A DNA stretch of 37,866 nt from Octopus bimaculoides (Eukaryota): contig NC_068991.1 in assembly GCF_001194135.2 (NCBI RefSeq), positions 57,275,858 to 57,313,723 of the forward strand, read 5' to 3'. Both the position numbers and the translations under genes were made by a program. This document shows, piece by piece, positions 10,311-21,713 of the stretch (its first letter is position 1; the number at the start of each line of letters is the position of its first letter). The notes beneath the pieces were generated by a model. That model saw nothing but the letters and a program-made list of their open reading frames with translations. It made no database searches and was not told where the DNA came from.

Positions 10311-10660
10311 AGGCGCAGGTGTGGCAGTGTGGCAAGAAGCTAGCTTCTCAACTAAATGGGCCAGGGTTCAGTCCTGCTGCGTGGTATCTTAGGCAAGAGT
10401 CTTCTACTATAGCCTCGGGTCGACCAAATCATTGTCAGCGGATTTGATTGATGAAAACTGAAAGAAGCTGGTCGTATATATGTATATATTTATGAGTGTG
10501 TGTCTTTGTGCTCGCGTTTGTCCCCTACCACCATTGCTTGACAAACAATGCTGGTGTGTTTACGTACTCCGTAAAATAGCAGTTCGGCCAAAGAGGATCA
10601 ATAGAATAAGTACTGGGCTTTAACAAAATTAAGTACTGGCATCGATATATTCGATTGAAA
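10311..10660 (+). mobile_element. Diverged SINE-A
   Basis: aggcgcaggtgtggcagtgtgg...gggttcagtcctgctgcgtgg...ggcaagagtcttctactatagcctcggg. Confidence 0.85.
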
Positions 10661-10756
10661 GATAAAAACAAAATTACTGTGACTTGTGATCATCTGGTGA
10701 GGCTTCGAACAGATGGTGTAAGACAAAGCATAAACTATCGTATAATAATGATAATC

Positions 10757-10939
10757 CTTTCTACAATAGAAATTTGGGGGAGGGTGCAAGTCGATTATAT
10801 CAACCCCAGTACTCCACTCGTACTTGTTTTATTGACTTCGAAAGAATGGAAAGTAAAGTCGACCTCGGCGGAATTTGAGCTCAGAATGTAGCGACGGACA
10901 TTTCGTCCAGTGCGCTATAGGTTCTGCCAGCTCGCCGCC
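10757..10939 (-). mobile_element. SINE-B embedded in AAT/AAC repeats
   Basis: aagtcgacctcggcggaatttgagctcagaatgt...ctgccagctcgccgcc, followed by (AAC)n. Confidence 0.85.
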
Positions 10940-10942
10940 TTA

Positions 10943-10962
10943 ATAACAACAATAACAACAAT

Positions 10963-11008
<46 letters not shown>

Positions 11009-11161
11009 GATACAACAACGATATGCAATAGCTGCAAAATATGATAAGGAACAAAGTGAATTTGAAGAATGAGGCAGAGGAGGAGGAGAGGAAAGAGAAG
11101 GAGAAAGAAGAAGAAGAAGAAGAAGAAGAAGAAGAAGAAGAAGAAGAAGAAGAAGAAGAAG

Positions 11162-11190
<29 letters not shown>
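10943..11190. repeat. (AAC)n at about 10943-11010 and a (GAA)n polypurine tract at about 11075-11190
   Basis: Read directly from the sequence. Confidence 0.95.
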
Positions 11191-11192
<2 letters not shown>

Positions 11193-11603
11193 GCGCTTCG
11201 AATAGTTTCAAAAGCCCCATACTCTTTTGTATTCGCTAAAGGGGGCAATAGCCCTGAAATCAGTCAACCGTGTGAGATCGATAGCAGTTCTTTAGTAAAT
11301 ACAGTCTAGAGACGATTATCACCCCATGTATGTGTGTGTGTGTGTGTGTGTATAGAGATACAAACACACACACATGACAAGGTGCATGCGGATATAAACA
11401 CCCAAACACACGCGCTCGAGCGCGACGCACATAGAAAACACAAATACAAAAAAAATTTGTTGAAGAAACTGAAGTGTTTTATGTTTCTTTCTTAGAGCGA
11501 TCCGTACAATATGGAGTCAGTGTAAGTTTTAAGACCATTGACTATAAGAACTCATGTAAATAGTAACACCTCATCTGAGACCACATTGTGTGCATACACG
11601 TAT

Positions 11604-11635
<32 letters not shown>

Positions 11636-12057
11636 TATGCATATATGCATGCATGTATGTNNNNNNNNNNNNNNNNNNNNNNNNNNNNNNNNNNNNNNNN
11701 NNNNNNNNNNNNNNNNNNNNNNNNNNNNNNNNNNNNNNNNNNNNNNNNNNNNNNNNNNNNNNNNNNNNNNNNNNNNNNNNNNNNNNNNNNNNNNNNNNNN
11801 NNNNNNNNNNNNNNNNNNNNNNNNNNNNNNNNNNNNNNNNNNNNNNNNNNNNNNNNNNNNNNNNNNNNNNNNNNNNNNNNNNNNNNNNNNNNNNNNNNNN
11901 NNNNNNNNNNNNNNNNNNNNNNNNNNNNNNNNNNNNNNNNNNNNNNNNNNNNNNNNNNNNNNNNNNNNNNNNNNNNNNNNNNNNNNNNNNNNNNNNNNNN
12001 NNNNNNNNNNNNNNNNNNNNNNNNNNNNNNNNNNNNNNNNNNNNNNNNNNNNNNNNN

Positions 12058-12243
12058 TGTGTGTGTGTAGTGTATTTGTCTCCCAGCAGCGCTTGACAAC
12101 AGATGCTGGTATGTAAAAGAGCCTCGTAAACTAGCGATTCGGCAAAAATGAATGATAGAATTAGTGCCAGGCTTAAACAAGTAAGCCATGGGGGTCGATT
12201 TGTTCGACTGAAAAACCCCTCAAGGTTGTGCCCTAGCATGGGC
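12058..12243 (+). mobile_element. Diverged SINE-A, 3' half
   Basis: tttgtctcccagcagcgcttgacaacagatgctgg...ggggtcgatttgttcgactgaaa...gtgccctagcatgg. Confidence 0.78.
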
Positions 12244-12244
12244 G

Positions 12245-13700
12245 TTGTGGACTTGGTGCAACAATGCACCACTTTAAATGAAAGGTTTTTCGCATTGCAA
12301 GCTTTAATTTATAGTGCATAGAAATTACGTACAAAACGCGTTTATTCATCAAAATATATTCTATTGTTTCTTGCCATCGTTGAGCCAGAAGCTCAATTTT
12401 ACACTTGTACTATTTGGTTGGTTGAAGGCAAAAACATCTCCCGACATTACTTTTTAACTTCATTCACATCGTTGAACTTCTGTCCATGCAGGAAATGTGC
12501 CGTTACTCGGAACAAGTTTTGGACTAGCTGGAGGCTGAAGCAGCACTATCAGCTCCTCAATATTCCTCAAGGTAGTGCTTGTTCACATTGGCAGCGTGTG
12601 CTAGGGCATTGTTATGCTTTAAGAGTGTGCGTCTTCTACTGACCTATTACCGAGTTAAGGGCTTTCAAAGCAGCATACACTCGCTGCGGTTGCTGAGCAT
12701 AAAGCTTAGCGTTCACAACATAACCACCTGTAACAAGCTCAGTGTAACATCCACGAAATTTCATCTAACACAATACATAAACTTCTCTCAAAACTCTCTT
12801 GTTTGACGACAGGTTCCGAAGCCTGGATGGAATGAAACCATTGATTACTCTTATTAGGTTTGCGAAAATTGATCCCAAAACAGGCATCTTAAGGATTTAC
12901 TCTTACTCTTTACTCTTTTACTTGTTTCAGTCATTTGACTGCGACCATGCTGGAGCACCGCCTTTAGTCGAGAAAATCGACCCCGGGACTTACTCTTTGT
13001 AAGCCTAGTACTTATTCTATCGGTCTCTTTTTGCCGAACCGCTAAGTTACGGGGACGTATACACACCAGAATCGGTTGTCAAGCGATGGTGGGGGGGAAC
13101 AAACACAAACATATACACACATACAAGCATGCATATATATATATACACATATATACGACGGGCTTCTTTTAGCTTCCGTCTACCAAATCCACTCACAAGG
13201 CTTTGGTCGGCCCGAGGCTATAGTAGAAGACACTTGCCCAAGGTGCCACGCAGTGGGACTGAACCCGGAACCATGTGGTTGGTAAGCAAGCTACTTACCA
13301 CACAGCCACTCCTACGCCTGCGATAGTTTGCAAATGTTCACAAATTGTTGAGCCTGGTCATTGGTCATATCATGAAGAGCTTCTCGACAGCATCTTTTCA
13401 CAAAGCTGGACTTAGAGGGGTGTAGGTTGATGATGCTTTGTGAAGAAATTTACTAACAATGTACGGATGCTTGTGCTTGGCTAGTGTTCAGCCATTTTAA
13501 GCAAAGATTCACTTCCTACAGCAGCAAACCTTCCTGAGCTTGATTTATTTTCGAGGCTGCTATCACATTCTTTCAAACATCCAAACTAGTTTTGTTCAGA
13601 CGTTCATTGACAATTCCTGGGCTTTCCCCATCATTAATTTCTTTTGTCGCTTCATAGGTAGCATATAATGGCTCTAATTGCAATTCTTTCTCCACTCATT
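12245..13700 (-). pseudogene. Decayed mariner (Tc1/mariner superfamily) transposase, interrupted by a SINE-A insertion
   Basis: Frameshifted minus-strand segments: MSGERIAIRAIICYL*; SLENKSSSGRFAAV; SFVKRCCREALHDMTNDQAQQFVNICKL | NP*D...FRKPNKSNQWFHSIQASEPVVKQ; VNAKLYAQQPQRVYAALK; KHNNALAHAANV (QHDNA-like); LLAQRWQETIE. A TIR-like ttggtgcaac lies at about 12253. Confidence 0.85.
12898..13318 (-). mobile_element. Full-length, young SINE-A
   Basis: Complete from the head ggcgtaggagtggctgtgtgg to the tail (aaagagt)n. Near-identical to 22755-23174. Confidence 0.93.
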
Positions 13701-13741
13701 ATCAAAACAGTAAAATAAAGAATAAACGATTCTACATTATT

Positions 13742-13900
13742 TACATTATTTACAATTGACGGATATTTGTCCTCATCCTGATGAAGGCTGGAGCGTATAT
13801 CAACCAAAACGTTGTGTTAACAACAAACAAGATGAGGACAAATATCCGTCAAATGTAAATAATGTACATAATTCCTCATCTCTTAAACATAGAACTGTAT
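13742..13900 (+). mobile_element. Penelope-like pseudo-LTR remnant in inverted arrangement, with a damaged hammerhead (13778-13818)
   Basis: 36-bp inverted arms at 13742-13777 and 13831-13866 (one mismatch) enclose CTGATGA-a-ggctg(gagcgtatat)caacc-AAAAC-GTT-gtgtt. Confidence 0.7.
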
Positions 13901-13994
13901 AAACAATTCAGCTAAGACTTGACAAAAAGTTGTATCAAGAATCCTCAGTGTAACATCCCCAAAATCTTTTGAAACAATCTGGAATGTATATTAT

Positions 13995-14049
<55 letters not shown>

Positions 14050-14128
14050 CTTCTAATATAGGATAAAACATTTTTCAAAAAATTTCATCAAGTGGCCAAC
14101 ATATTAAATTACCTTTCAAGGGGAAAAT

Positions 14129-14368
14129 TATAAACAATTATAAATAAGGGCAAAAGAAGAAAATTTCGATGCCAATATGCTGCGAAATAGACTTTAAATC
14201 GTCAGTCACCACATACAATATACATCACTATAAAATACACGTCGTGCTGAATCGAGGAAAGCAAGCTAACGGAATTTATAGTGATGTATATTGTACGTGT
14301 TGATTGACGATTTCTCAGCATATTGGCATAGAAATTTCCTTCTTTTGCCCTTATATGTAATTGTTTAT
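14129..14368. mobile_element. Fold-back / MITE-like inverted repeat, arms of about 95-105 bp with a 40-nt spacer
   Basis: Left arm taaacaattataaataagggcaaaagaagaaaatttcgatgccaatatgctg...caatatacatcactataaa pairs with right arm tttatagtgatgtatattg...cagcatattggcatagaaatttccttcttttgcccttatatgtaattgttta. Confidence 0.85.
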
Positions 14369-14379
14369 GCATATATATG

Positions 14380-14416
<37 letters not shown>

Positions 14417-15357
14417 CGCACACACACTCACAAACACATGTTTATGTAGATATACGTGTACAGACATAAATATAATATATGTGTGTACATTATTAATGCA
14501 AGAACATAATACAATGATATATTAATATATTGAGATATATTAAACTCATTAGAGTATGAGTGGCTAGCAATTAAAAGCCAAAACAGAATTAATAGGTAAA
14601 GGGTGCAAAATAGCAAAAAATAAGAGTCTAAAAATTAACTCTTGAGAGCCACAAAAGGATAGTAACCCCAATTAGGTTTATGAGGAGTGGGCGCAGCAAA
14701 CTAAAACGATCTTTCCCTTGTAAGATGGACTTACAAAAGAAATTAAAATGTATATGTTTCTGGAAATATTTGTGTGTGCGCATGTGTGTGTGTGTGCACG
14801 CGCGTGTGTGTATCTATGTATGCATTTTCGTGTGTGTATGTGTGTGTGTGTGTTTGTGTGTATATCTCTCTCTATCTCACAGTGTGTGTCTGTGTGCATG
14901 AGTATGTATGTGAGTGAATGCGTGTGAGCATATCCGCGCACGATATTTGCTAAGATTGAATATGATTTCAACGTATTCTTGTTATATTTTTTAATGGCCG
15001 TATGACGAACAATAAATACATTCGTTACCCTTCATCATTATCAATATTATTGATATCAATGTTCTTGTTGTTGTTGTTGTTGTTGTCGTTATTGTCATAG
15101 GAGTAATTCTATTTGTTGTTACTTTCGCTGCTATCCCTTCTAGGTCAAAATTTGATTAGTTATCCATAATACCGGTAACTAAATTACAAAATACTTCGTT
15201 CGGTTTGATTCACACCAATGCTTCCGAATAAAAGATTCTTATTCGTTAAATCCATCCATCCATCCATCCATCCATCCATACATACATACATACATACATA
15301 CATACATGCATAAGTACGTGCATGCATATATGCATACATACAAAAATACATTATGCA

Positions 15358-15393
<36 letters not shown>

Positions 15394-15543
15394 TGTATAT
15401 ATATTACTCAAACACACACACATATATATATTACATATATATATGTGTATATATAAATATTGATATATACATATATATAGTGATATACAAATATCATTGA
15501 TATATACATATATATACATATATATAGTGATATATAAATATCA

Positions 15544-15942
15544 GGAGTGGCTGTGTGGTAAGTAGTTTGCTTACCAACCACATGGTCCCGGATTCATTTC
15601 CACTATGTGGCACCTTGGGCAAGTGTCTTCTACTATAGCCTCGAGACGACCAAAGCCTTGTGAGTGGATCTGGTAGACGGAAGCTGAAAGAAGCCCGTCG
15701 CATGTATGTATATATATGTATATGTGTGTATATGTTTGTGTGTCCGTGTTTGTCCCCCCAACATCGCTTGGCAACCGATGGTGGTGTGCTTGCGTACCCG
15801 TTACTTAGCGGTTCGGCAAAAAAAGCCGATAGAATAAGTAACAAGCTTACAAAGAATAAGTCCTCGGATCGATTTGTTGAACTAAAGGCGGTGCTCCAGC
15901 ATGGCCGCACTGAGGTGACTGAAACAAGTAAAAGAGTAAAGA
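15544..15942 (+). mobile_element. Full-length SINE-A
   Basis: ggagtggctgtgtggtaagtagtttgc...gaaacaagtaaaagagtaaaga. Confidence 0.92.
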
Positions 15943-16000
15943 GAGATATAAGTATGTATGTATACATATATTCTCTCTCTCTCTCTCTCTCACATACATA

Positions 16001-16391
16001 TGACGTGGCTGTGTGTTAAGAAGTTGCTTCTCAAACACATGGTTCTGCGTTCAGTCCCACTGCGCGGCACTTTGGTCAAGTGTCTTCTAGTTTAGCCTCG
16101 GGCCGACCAAAGCCTTGTGAGTGGATTTGGTAGACGGAAACTGAAAGAAGTTCGTCAGATATATTTATATGTATATATTTGTATGTTTGTGTCTGTGTTT
16201 GTCCTCTCACCATCGCTTGACAACTGGTATTGATGTGTTTAGGTGCCCGTAACTAGCGGTTCAGCAAAAGAGACCGATAGAATAAGTAACAAGCTTACAA
16301 AGAATACGTGCAGGGGTCGATTTCCTCGACTAAAAAGTCGGTGCTCCAGCATGGACACAGCCAAGAATAACTGAAAAAAGTTAAAGAATAA
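16001..16391 (+). mobile_element. Second, more diverged SINE-A in tandem with the previous copy
   Basis: gtggctgtgtgttaagaagttgcttctc...gtgctccagcatggacacagcc. Confidence 0.88.
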
Positions 16392-17548
16392 CAGAGAAGA
16401 ATATGTGCATGTTTGTATAACCACATGCATATAACGAAAATCATGTGTTCGATCCATACCCGGGGCATTACACACACACATGCAAACACACGCACACACA
16501 CACGCATACACACACAGGTATACATATGTACATGTATGTATGTATATATGCATATATATTATTTATAATATTATATATATGTATACCAAGGAATGTAATG
16601 TGAGAAAATAAAATACAAATATTAATAAAACCAATATATTCTTATCACACCAATTTCTCAAACCACGCACACCCATACACACACATGTATATATCTGCAT
16701 ATGTAAATATATAAATATANNNNNNNNNNNNNNNNNNNNNNNNNNNNNNNNNNNNNNNNNNNNNNNNNNNNNNNNNNNNNNNNNNNNNNNNNNNNNNNNN
16801 NNNNNNNNNNNNNNNNNNNNNNNNNNNNNNNNNNNNNNNNNNNNNNNNNNNNNNNNNNNNNNNNNNNNNNNNNNNNNNNNNNNNNNNNNNNNNNNNNNNN
16901 NNNNNNNNNNNNNNNNNNNNNNNNNNNNNNNNNNNNNNNNNNNNNNNNNNNNNNNNNNNNNNNNNNNNNNNNNNNNNNNNNNNNNNNNNNNNNNNNNNNN
17001 NNNNNNNNNNNNNNNNNNNNNNNNNNNNNNNNNNNNNNNNNNNNNNNNNNNNNNNNNNNNNNNNNNNNNNNNNNNNNNNNNNNNNNNNNNNNNNNNNNNN
17101 NNNNNNNNNNNNNNNNNNNNNNNNNNNNNNNNNNNNNNNNNNNNNNNNNNNNNNNNNNNNNNNNNNNNNNNNNNNNNNNNNNNNNNNNNNNNNNNNNNNN
17201 NNNNNNNNNNNNNNNNNNNNNNNNNNNNNNNNNNNNNNNNNNNNNNNNNNNNNNNNNNNNNNNNNNNNNNNNNNNNNNNNNNNNNNNNNNNNNNNNNNNN
17301 NNNNNNNNNNNNNNNNNNNNNNNNNNNNNNNNNNNNNNNNNNNNNNNNNNNNNNNNNNNNNNNNNNNNNNNNNNNNNNNNNNTATATATATATATTATAT
17401 ATATATATAAATATTTGTGTGTGTGTGTGTGTGTACGTATGTATGTATGCATGCGTGTAGGAGAATATACAAATAATAACAACAGACGAGGACAGGTGGT
17501 GTAAATAACAAAAGTATATATTAGTATGACGCTCGGGAATACGGAAAG

Positions 17549-17585
17549 TCTTTGACGTTTCGAGCTACGCTCTTCAACAGAAAGA
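17549..17585 (-). ncRNA. Minimal type I hammerhead ribozyme motif with a variant CUGUUGA core (repeat copy about 17470-17625)
   Basis: Minus strand: tcttt-CTGTTGA-a-gagc(gta)gctc-GAAAC-GTC-aaaga. 5-bp stem I, 4-bp stem II, palindromic ACGT stem III, GUC triplet. Confidence 0.72.
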
Positions 17586-18661
17586 ATACGGAGACAAGGA
17601 GAAAAACACGGAGAAAAAAAATTGAATAGTGTTCAGTCAACGGTCAATCATAGTGTATGTACATATCTATGTATGTATCTATGTATATAGAAATGTGTTT
17701 GGGCGTATATGTGTGTATGCGTGTATATCTTTATATATATATATGTATGTTTGTGTATGTGGTTGTATGTATGCGTGTGTGTGTGTGTGTGTGTAAGTGA
17801 ATTGCTTGCATATCAAAAATTTAAAAAAATATATAAGAACGTAATCTTGATGATTCTGTTAGTGATTACGACGGCGACGAAGGCGAAAACCGNNNNNNNN
17901 NNNNNNNNNNNNNNNNNNNNNNNNNNNNNNNNNNNNNNNNNNNNNNNNNNNNNNNNNNNNNNNNNNNNNNNNNNNNNNNNNNNNNNNNNNNNNNNNNNNN
18001 NNNNNNNNNNNNNNNNNNNNNNNNNNNNNNNNNNNNNNNNNNNNNNNNNNNNNNNNNNNNNNNNNNNNNNNNNNNNNNNNNNNNNNNNNNNNNNNNNNNN
18101 NNNNNNNNNNNNNNNNNNNNNNNNNNNNNNNNNNNNNNNNNNNNNNNNNNNNNNNNNNNNNNNNNNNNNNNNNNNNNNNNNNNNNNNNNNNNNNNNNNNN
18201 NNNNNNNNNNNNNNNNNNNNNNNNNNNNNNNNNNNNNNNNNNNNNNNNNNNNNNNNNNNNNNNNNNNNNNNNNNNNNNNNNNNNNNNNNNNNNNNNNNNN
18301 NNNNNNNNNNNNNNNNNNNNNNNNNNNNNNNNNNNNNNNNNNNNNNNNNNNNNNNNNNNNNNNNNNNNNNNNNNNNNNNNNNNNNNNNNNNNNNNNNNNN
18401 NNNNNNNNNNNNNNNNNNNNNNNNNNNNNNNNNNNNNNNNNNNNNNNNNNNNNNNNNNNNNNNNNNNNNNNNNNNNNNNNNNNNNNNNNNNNNNNNNNNN
18501 NNNNNNNNNNNNNNNNNNNNNNNNNNNNNNNNNNNNNNNNNNNNNNNNNNNNNNNNNNNNNNNNNNNNNNNNNNNNNNNNNNNNNNNNNNNNNNNNNNNN
18601 NNNNNNNNNNNNNNNNNNNNNNNNNNNNNNNNNNNNNNNNNNNNNNNNNNNNNNNNNNNNN

Positions 18662-18920
18662 TGTGTGTATATATGTGTGTGTGTATATATGTGTGTGTGT
18701 ATATATGTGTGTGTGTCTGTGTTTGTCCCCCCAGCATCGCTTGACAACCGATGGGGGTGTGTTTACGTCCCCGTAACTTAGCGGTTCGGCAAAAGAGATC
18801 GATGGAATAAGTACTAGGCTTCCAAAGAATAAGTCCTGGGGTCGATTTGCTTGACTAAAAAGGCGGTGCCCCAGCATGGCCGCATTCAAATGACTGAAAC
18901 AAGTAAAAGAGTAAAAGAGT
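18662..18920 (+). mobile_element. SINE-A 3' half (5' half lies in the assembly gap)
   Basis: gtttgtccccccagcatcgcttgacaaccgatg...gaaacaagtaaaagagtaaaagagt. Confidence 0.9.
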
Positions 18921-19109
18921 TTCAAATTTTGGCAGTAGGCTGTAATGGATAAGTCGTTTACATCGGCTCCCAGTGTTCAACAGGGACTCCTGAAAGGATA
19001 AATGGAAAATCGACCTGGGCTGAATTTGAACTCGGAATGTAAAAACAGACGAAATGCTGCGAAGCTCTTCGCCCGGCGTGCTGACGATTCTCTCAACTCA
19101 CCGCCATTC
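18921..19109 (-). mobile_element. Diverged SINE-B
   Basis: tttcaaattttggc...gaatttgaactcggaatgtaaaaacagacgaaatgc...cgcccggcgtgctgacgattctctcaactcaccgcc. Confidence 0.8.
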
Positions 19110-19119
19110 AGCACCTTGT

Positions 19120-19588
19120 ACATTGTTTTGTCTTGATATAAAAGATAGGCTACAACAAATATTCTGCTCAGTACCACAAATATGCTCGTCAACTATTTGA
19201 CCTTAACCAGTTGAGTATGTCCCTTGGTGGCTGACGATATGTGCGTCTCTGACCACAAGCAGATCTAGTGGGGAGCATCATAGCCATGTGTTGAGAGGAA
19301 TTCTTTGGGGTTTGGATAATTCTCCTTTGGAGACATGGGTGCTTTGTTCATCATCCTTAAACAACCCTTATTCAAGGACCTTTTTGAGCGGGATGAGCTA
19401 CTCGACCTCAAGAAAATTCTAACTGAGATGTTTATCTTGATATGAGATCACCATATGTGCGCGACATGGTGATGCATGTGCTTAGTGTACCCTTATCAGA
19501 CGGGTAGCCATGACGGGTGTATTGGATTCGTATAATTGTACCCCAGTGTCACTTTGATAGTATGCGCTGGTCACTCACTCACTCACTC

Positions 19589-19590
<2 letters not shown>
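19120..19590. mobile_element. Family D repeat, copy 2, ending in (CACT)n then (AAT)n
   Basis: Aligns to 1290-1532 and extends about 230 bp further. Confidence 0.75.
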
Positions 19591-19650
<60 letters not shown>

Positions 19651-19915
19651 AGATAATAATAATAATAATCTGTTCTGCTATAGGCACAAGGCTTGAATTT
19701 TGGGGGGAGGGGTCTAGTCAATTACATCGGTGTTTCACTGGTACTCAATTTATCGACCCCGAAAGCATGAAAGGCAAAGTCGACCTCGGCGGAATTTGAA
19801 CTGAGATCGTAAGGACGGACGAAATACCGNNNNNNNNNNATACCGCTAAGCATTTTGCCTGGCGCCTTAGTAATAATAATAATAATGATTAATAATAATA
19901 ATAATAATAATAATG

Positions 19916-19979
<64 letters not shown>

Positions 19980-19980
19980 A
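19591..19980 (-). mobile_element. SINE-B (19669-19866) flanked on both sides by (AAT)n
   Basis: (AAT)n-tctgttctgctataggcacaaggcttg...aaagtcgacctcggcggaatttgaactgag...gctaagcattttgcctggcgcc-(AAT)n. Confidence 0.88.
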
Positions 19981-20125
19981 AGTATATATATATATCCGGC
20001 ACAAAATAAAAGCAATATGTTTATGATTTTGTTGTATTTCCTGGTCATTTCATTTACCTGAGCCGTTGCTCTATACGTAGACACGCATGCAACGTTGCAC
20101 CTAAATAAAGATGCACACAAATGCA

Positions 20126-20161
20126 TGTGAGATCATGCACGCCAGCGTGCATGATCTCACA
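20126..20161. repeat. Perfect 17-bp inverted repeat with a 2-nt spacer
   Basis: tgtgagatcatgcacgc-ca-gcgtgcatgatctcaca. Confidence 0.95.
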
Positions 20162-20401
20162 CGTGCAAAGCACACAAATACACACACACACACACACATT
20201 CACACACATGTAAATTTACATATACACTTGGACAATCGTAGTTATTTGTATAAATGCAGGCATACGAAACCGGCAGGTGCTTTTGTGATACACGTAGGTA
20301 GTTGGGTATAAGGAGCGATATATAAACGTATGTGTGTGTGTGTACGTGTATCTACGTGCGCGCGTGCGTATAAAATATTGAAAATATATGCTTGTTCCAT
20401 T

Positions 20402-20435
<34 letters not shown>

Positions 20436-21520
20436 CATGTGTGTGTGAGCGATTATATTATATGCACATATATATATACATATAAACATACATATATATA
20501 GATACGATCATTCAGAAACAAACATACATACATGCACATCACACATACACACACAATATATATCTATACATATATACATACACACACACACAAAAAAAAC
20601 ATACACACACACATATGTATGTAAGTTAGTGTAGTCAGCTTTCGGGAGATTTCGATGGTGACTCTATCCTACAGAGATTCCAGCTTAGGAAGCATATATT
20701 TAGCTGTAATATATACTTATATATATATATATATACATACATACACTTACCTATATATACTTTTATTGCGCTTTAGCTGATTGAGATTTCCTATAATTTT
20801 CGATGATTCTTTTTACTTTTCACGATGAAATGTATCGAAATAAATCATACCGAATAGACAGACACCCAAGCATACACTCATAGCATTATATATGCATACT
20901 TACATTCTTACATATATTCACTGAGTTGTACATATAAACGTAAATGTATAGAAATGTAATACATAGGTATTTTCTATATTCTTTAACTGGCTTCAGTCAC
21001 TGGACTGTGTCCATTCTGCAGAACGAATTTCAACAGTTTTTTTGTCGATCATATCGGCACCAGTAACAGTTCGCTATTTACTTCATCGATTTCTCATTGT
21101 CAAGTCCCGAACTTATACTTTTGATAAAAAGAGGCACAAACTGACGCATCGTTTTAGAGCTGTAAGCATAAACACTGAGACAGACCCCCCCCCCCCCATC
21201 ACACACACACACACACACACAAACACATATACACACACACATACACACACATGTATGTTTATTTGGGAGCATGTAGCAGAAAGATTCACACGGGCATTGA
21301 AAAAAATATTTCTTTTCTTTTTTATCATTTTTCTCTTTTATCTTGTATCATGAAAGATTCGCCAGAGACGTTAGTATATTTCTTTACCGTTTCTTATATT
21401 TTGTTCGACATATTATTCACTGAGCACAACTTTTATTGCAATTGTTTTTTTGTGTTTAGATTTTGTCCATCACATTTCGAAATTTTGTTTGCTTGTCGTA
21501 AACTTTCACGTTATTCGTCT

Positions 21521-21713
21521 TTTCTACTCTAGGCACAAAACCCGAAATATTTGGTGGGGGGCAGTCGATTAGATCAACCCCAGTACGTAACTGGTACTTA
21601 ATTTATCGACTCCGAAAGGATGAAAGGCAAAGTCGACCTCGGCGGAATTTGAACCCAGAACGTAAAGACAGACGAAATGCCGCTAAGCATTTCGCCCGGT
21701 GTGCTAACGTTTC
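21521..21713 (-). mobile_element. Young SINE-B lacking the first ~14 nt of the head
   Basis: tttctactctaggcacaa...gtcgacctcggcggaatttgaacccagaacgt...gtgctaacgtttc, then unrelated sequence. Confidence 0.9.

Noticed and set aside
13130-13318. tRNA-like A/B boxes in SINE heads as tRNA genes
   Set aside because: No complete cloverleaf; the boxes continue into SINE bodies present in many copies.
13940-13965. 15-nt match (ctcagtgtaacatcc) to 12738-12752 as a TSD or TIR
   Set aside because: The first copy is inside the transposase coding region, so it cannot be an element end. It is more likely a scrap of another mariner or chance.
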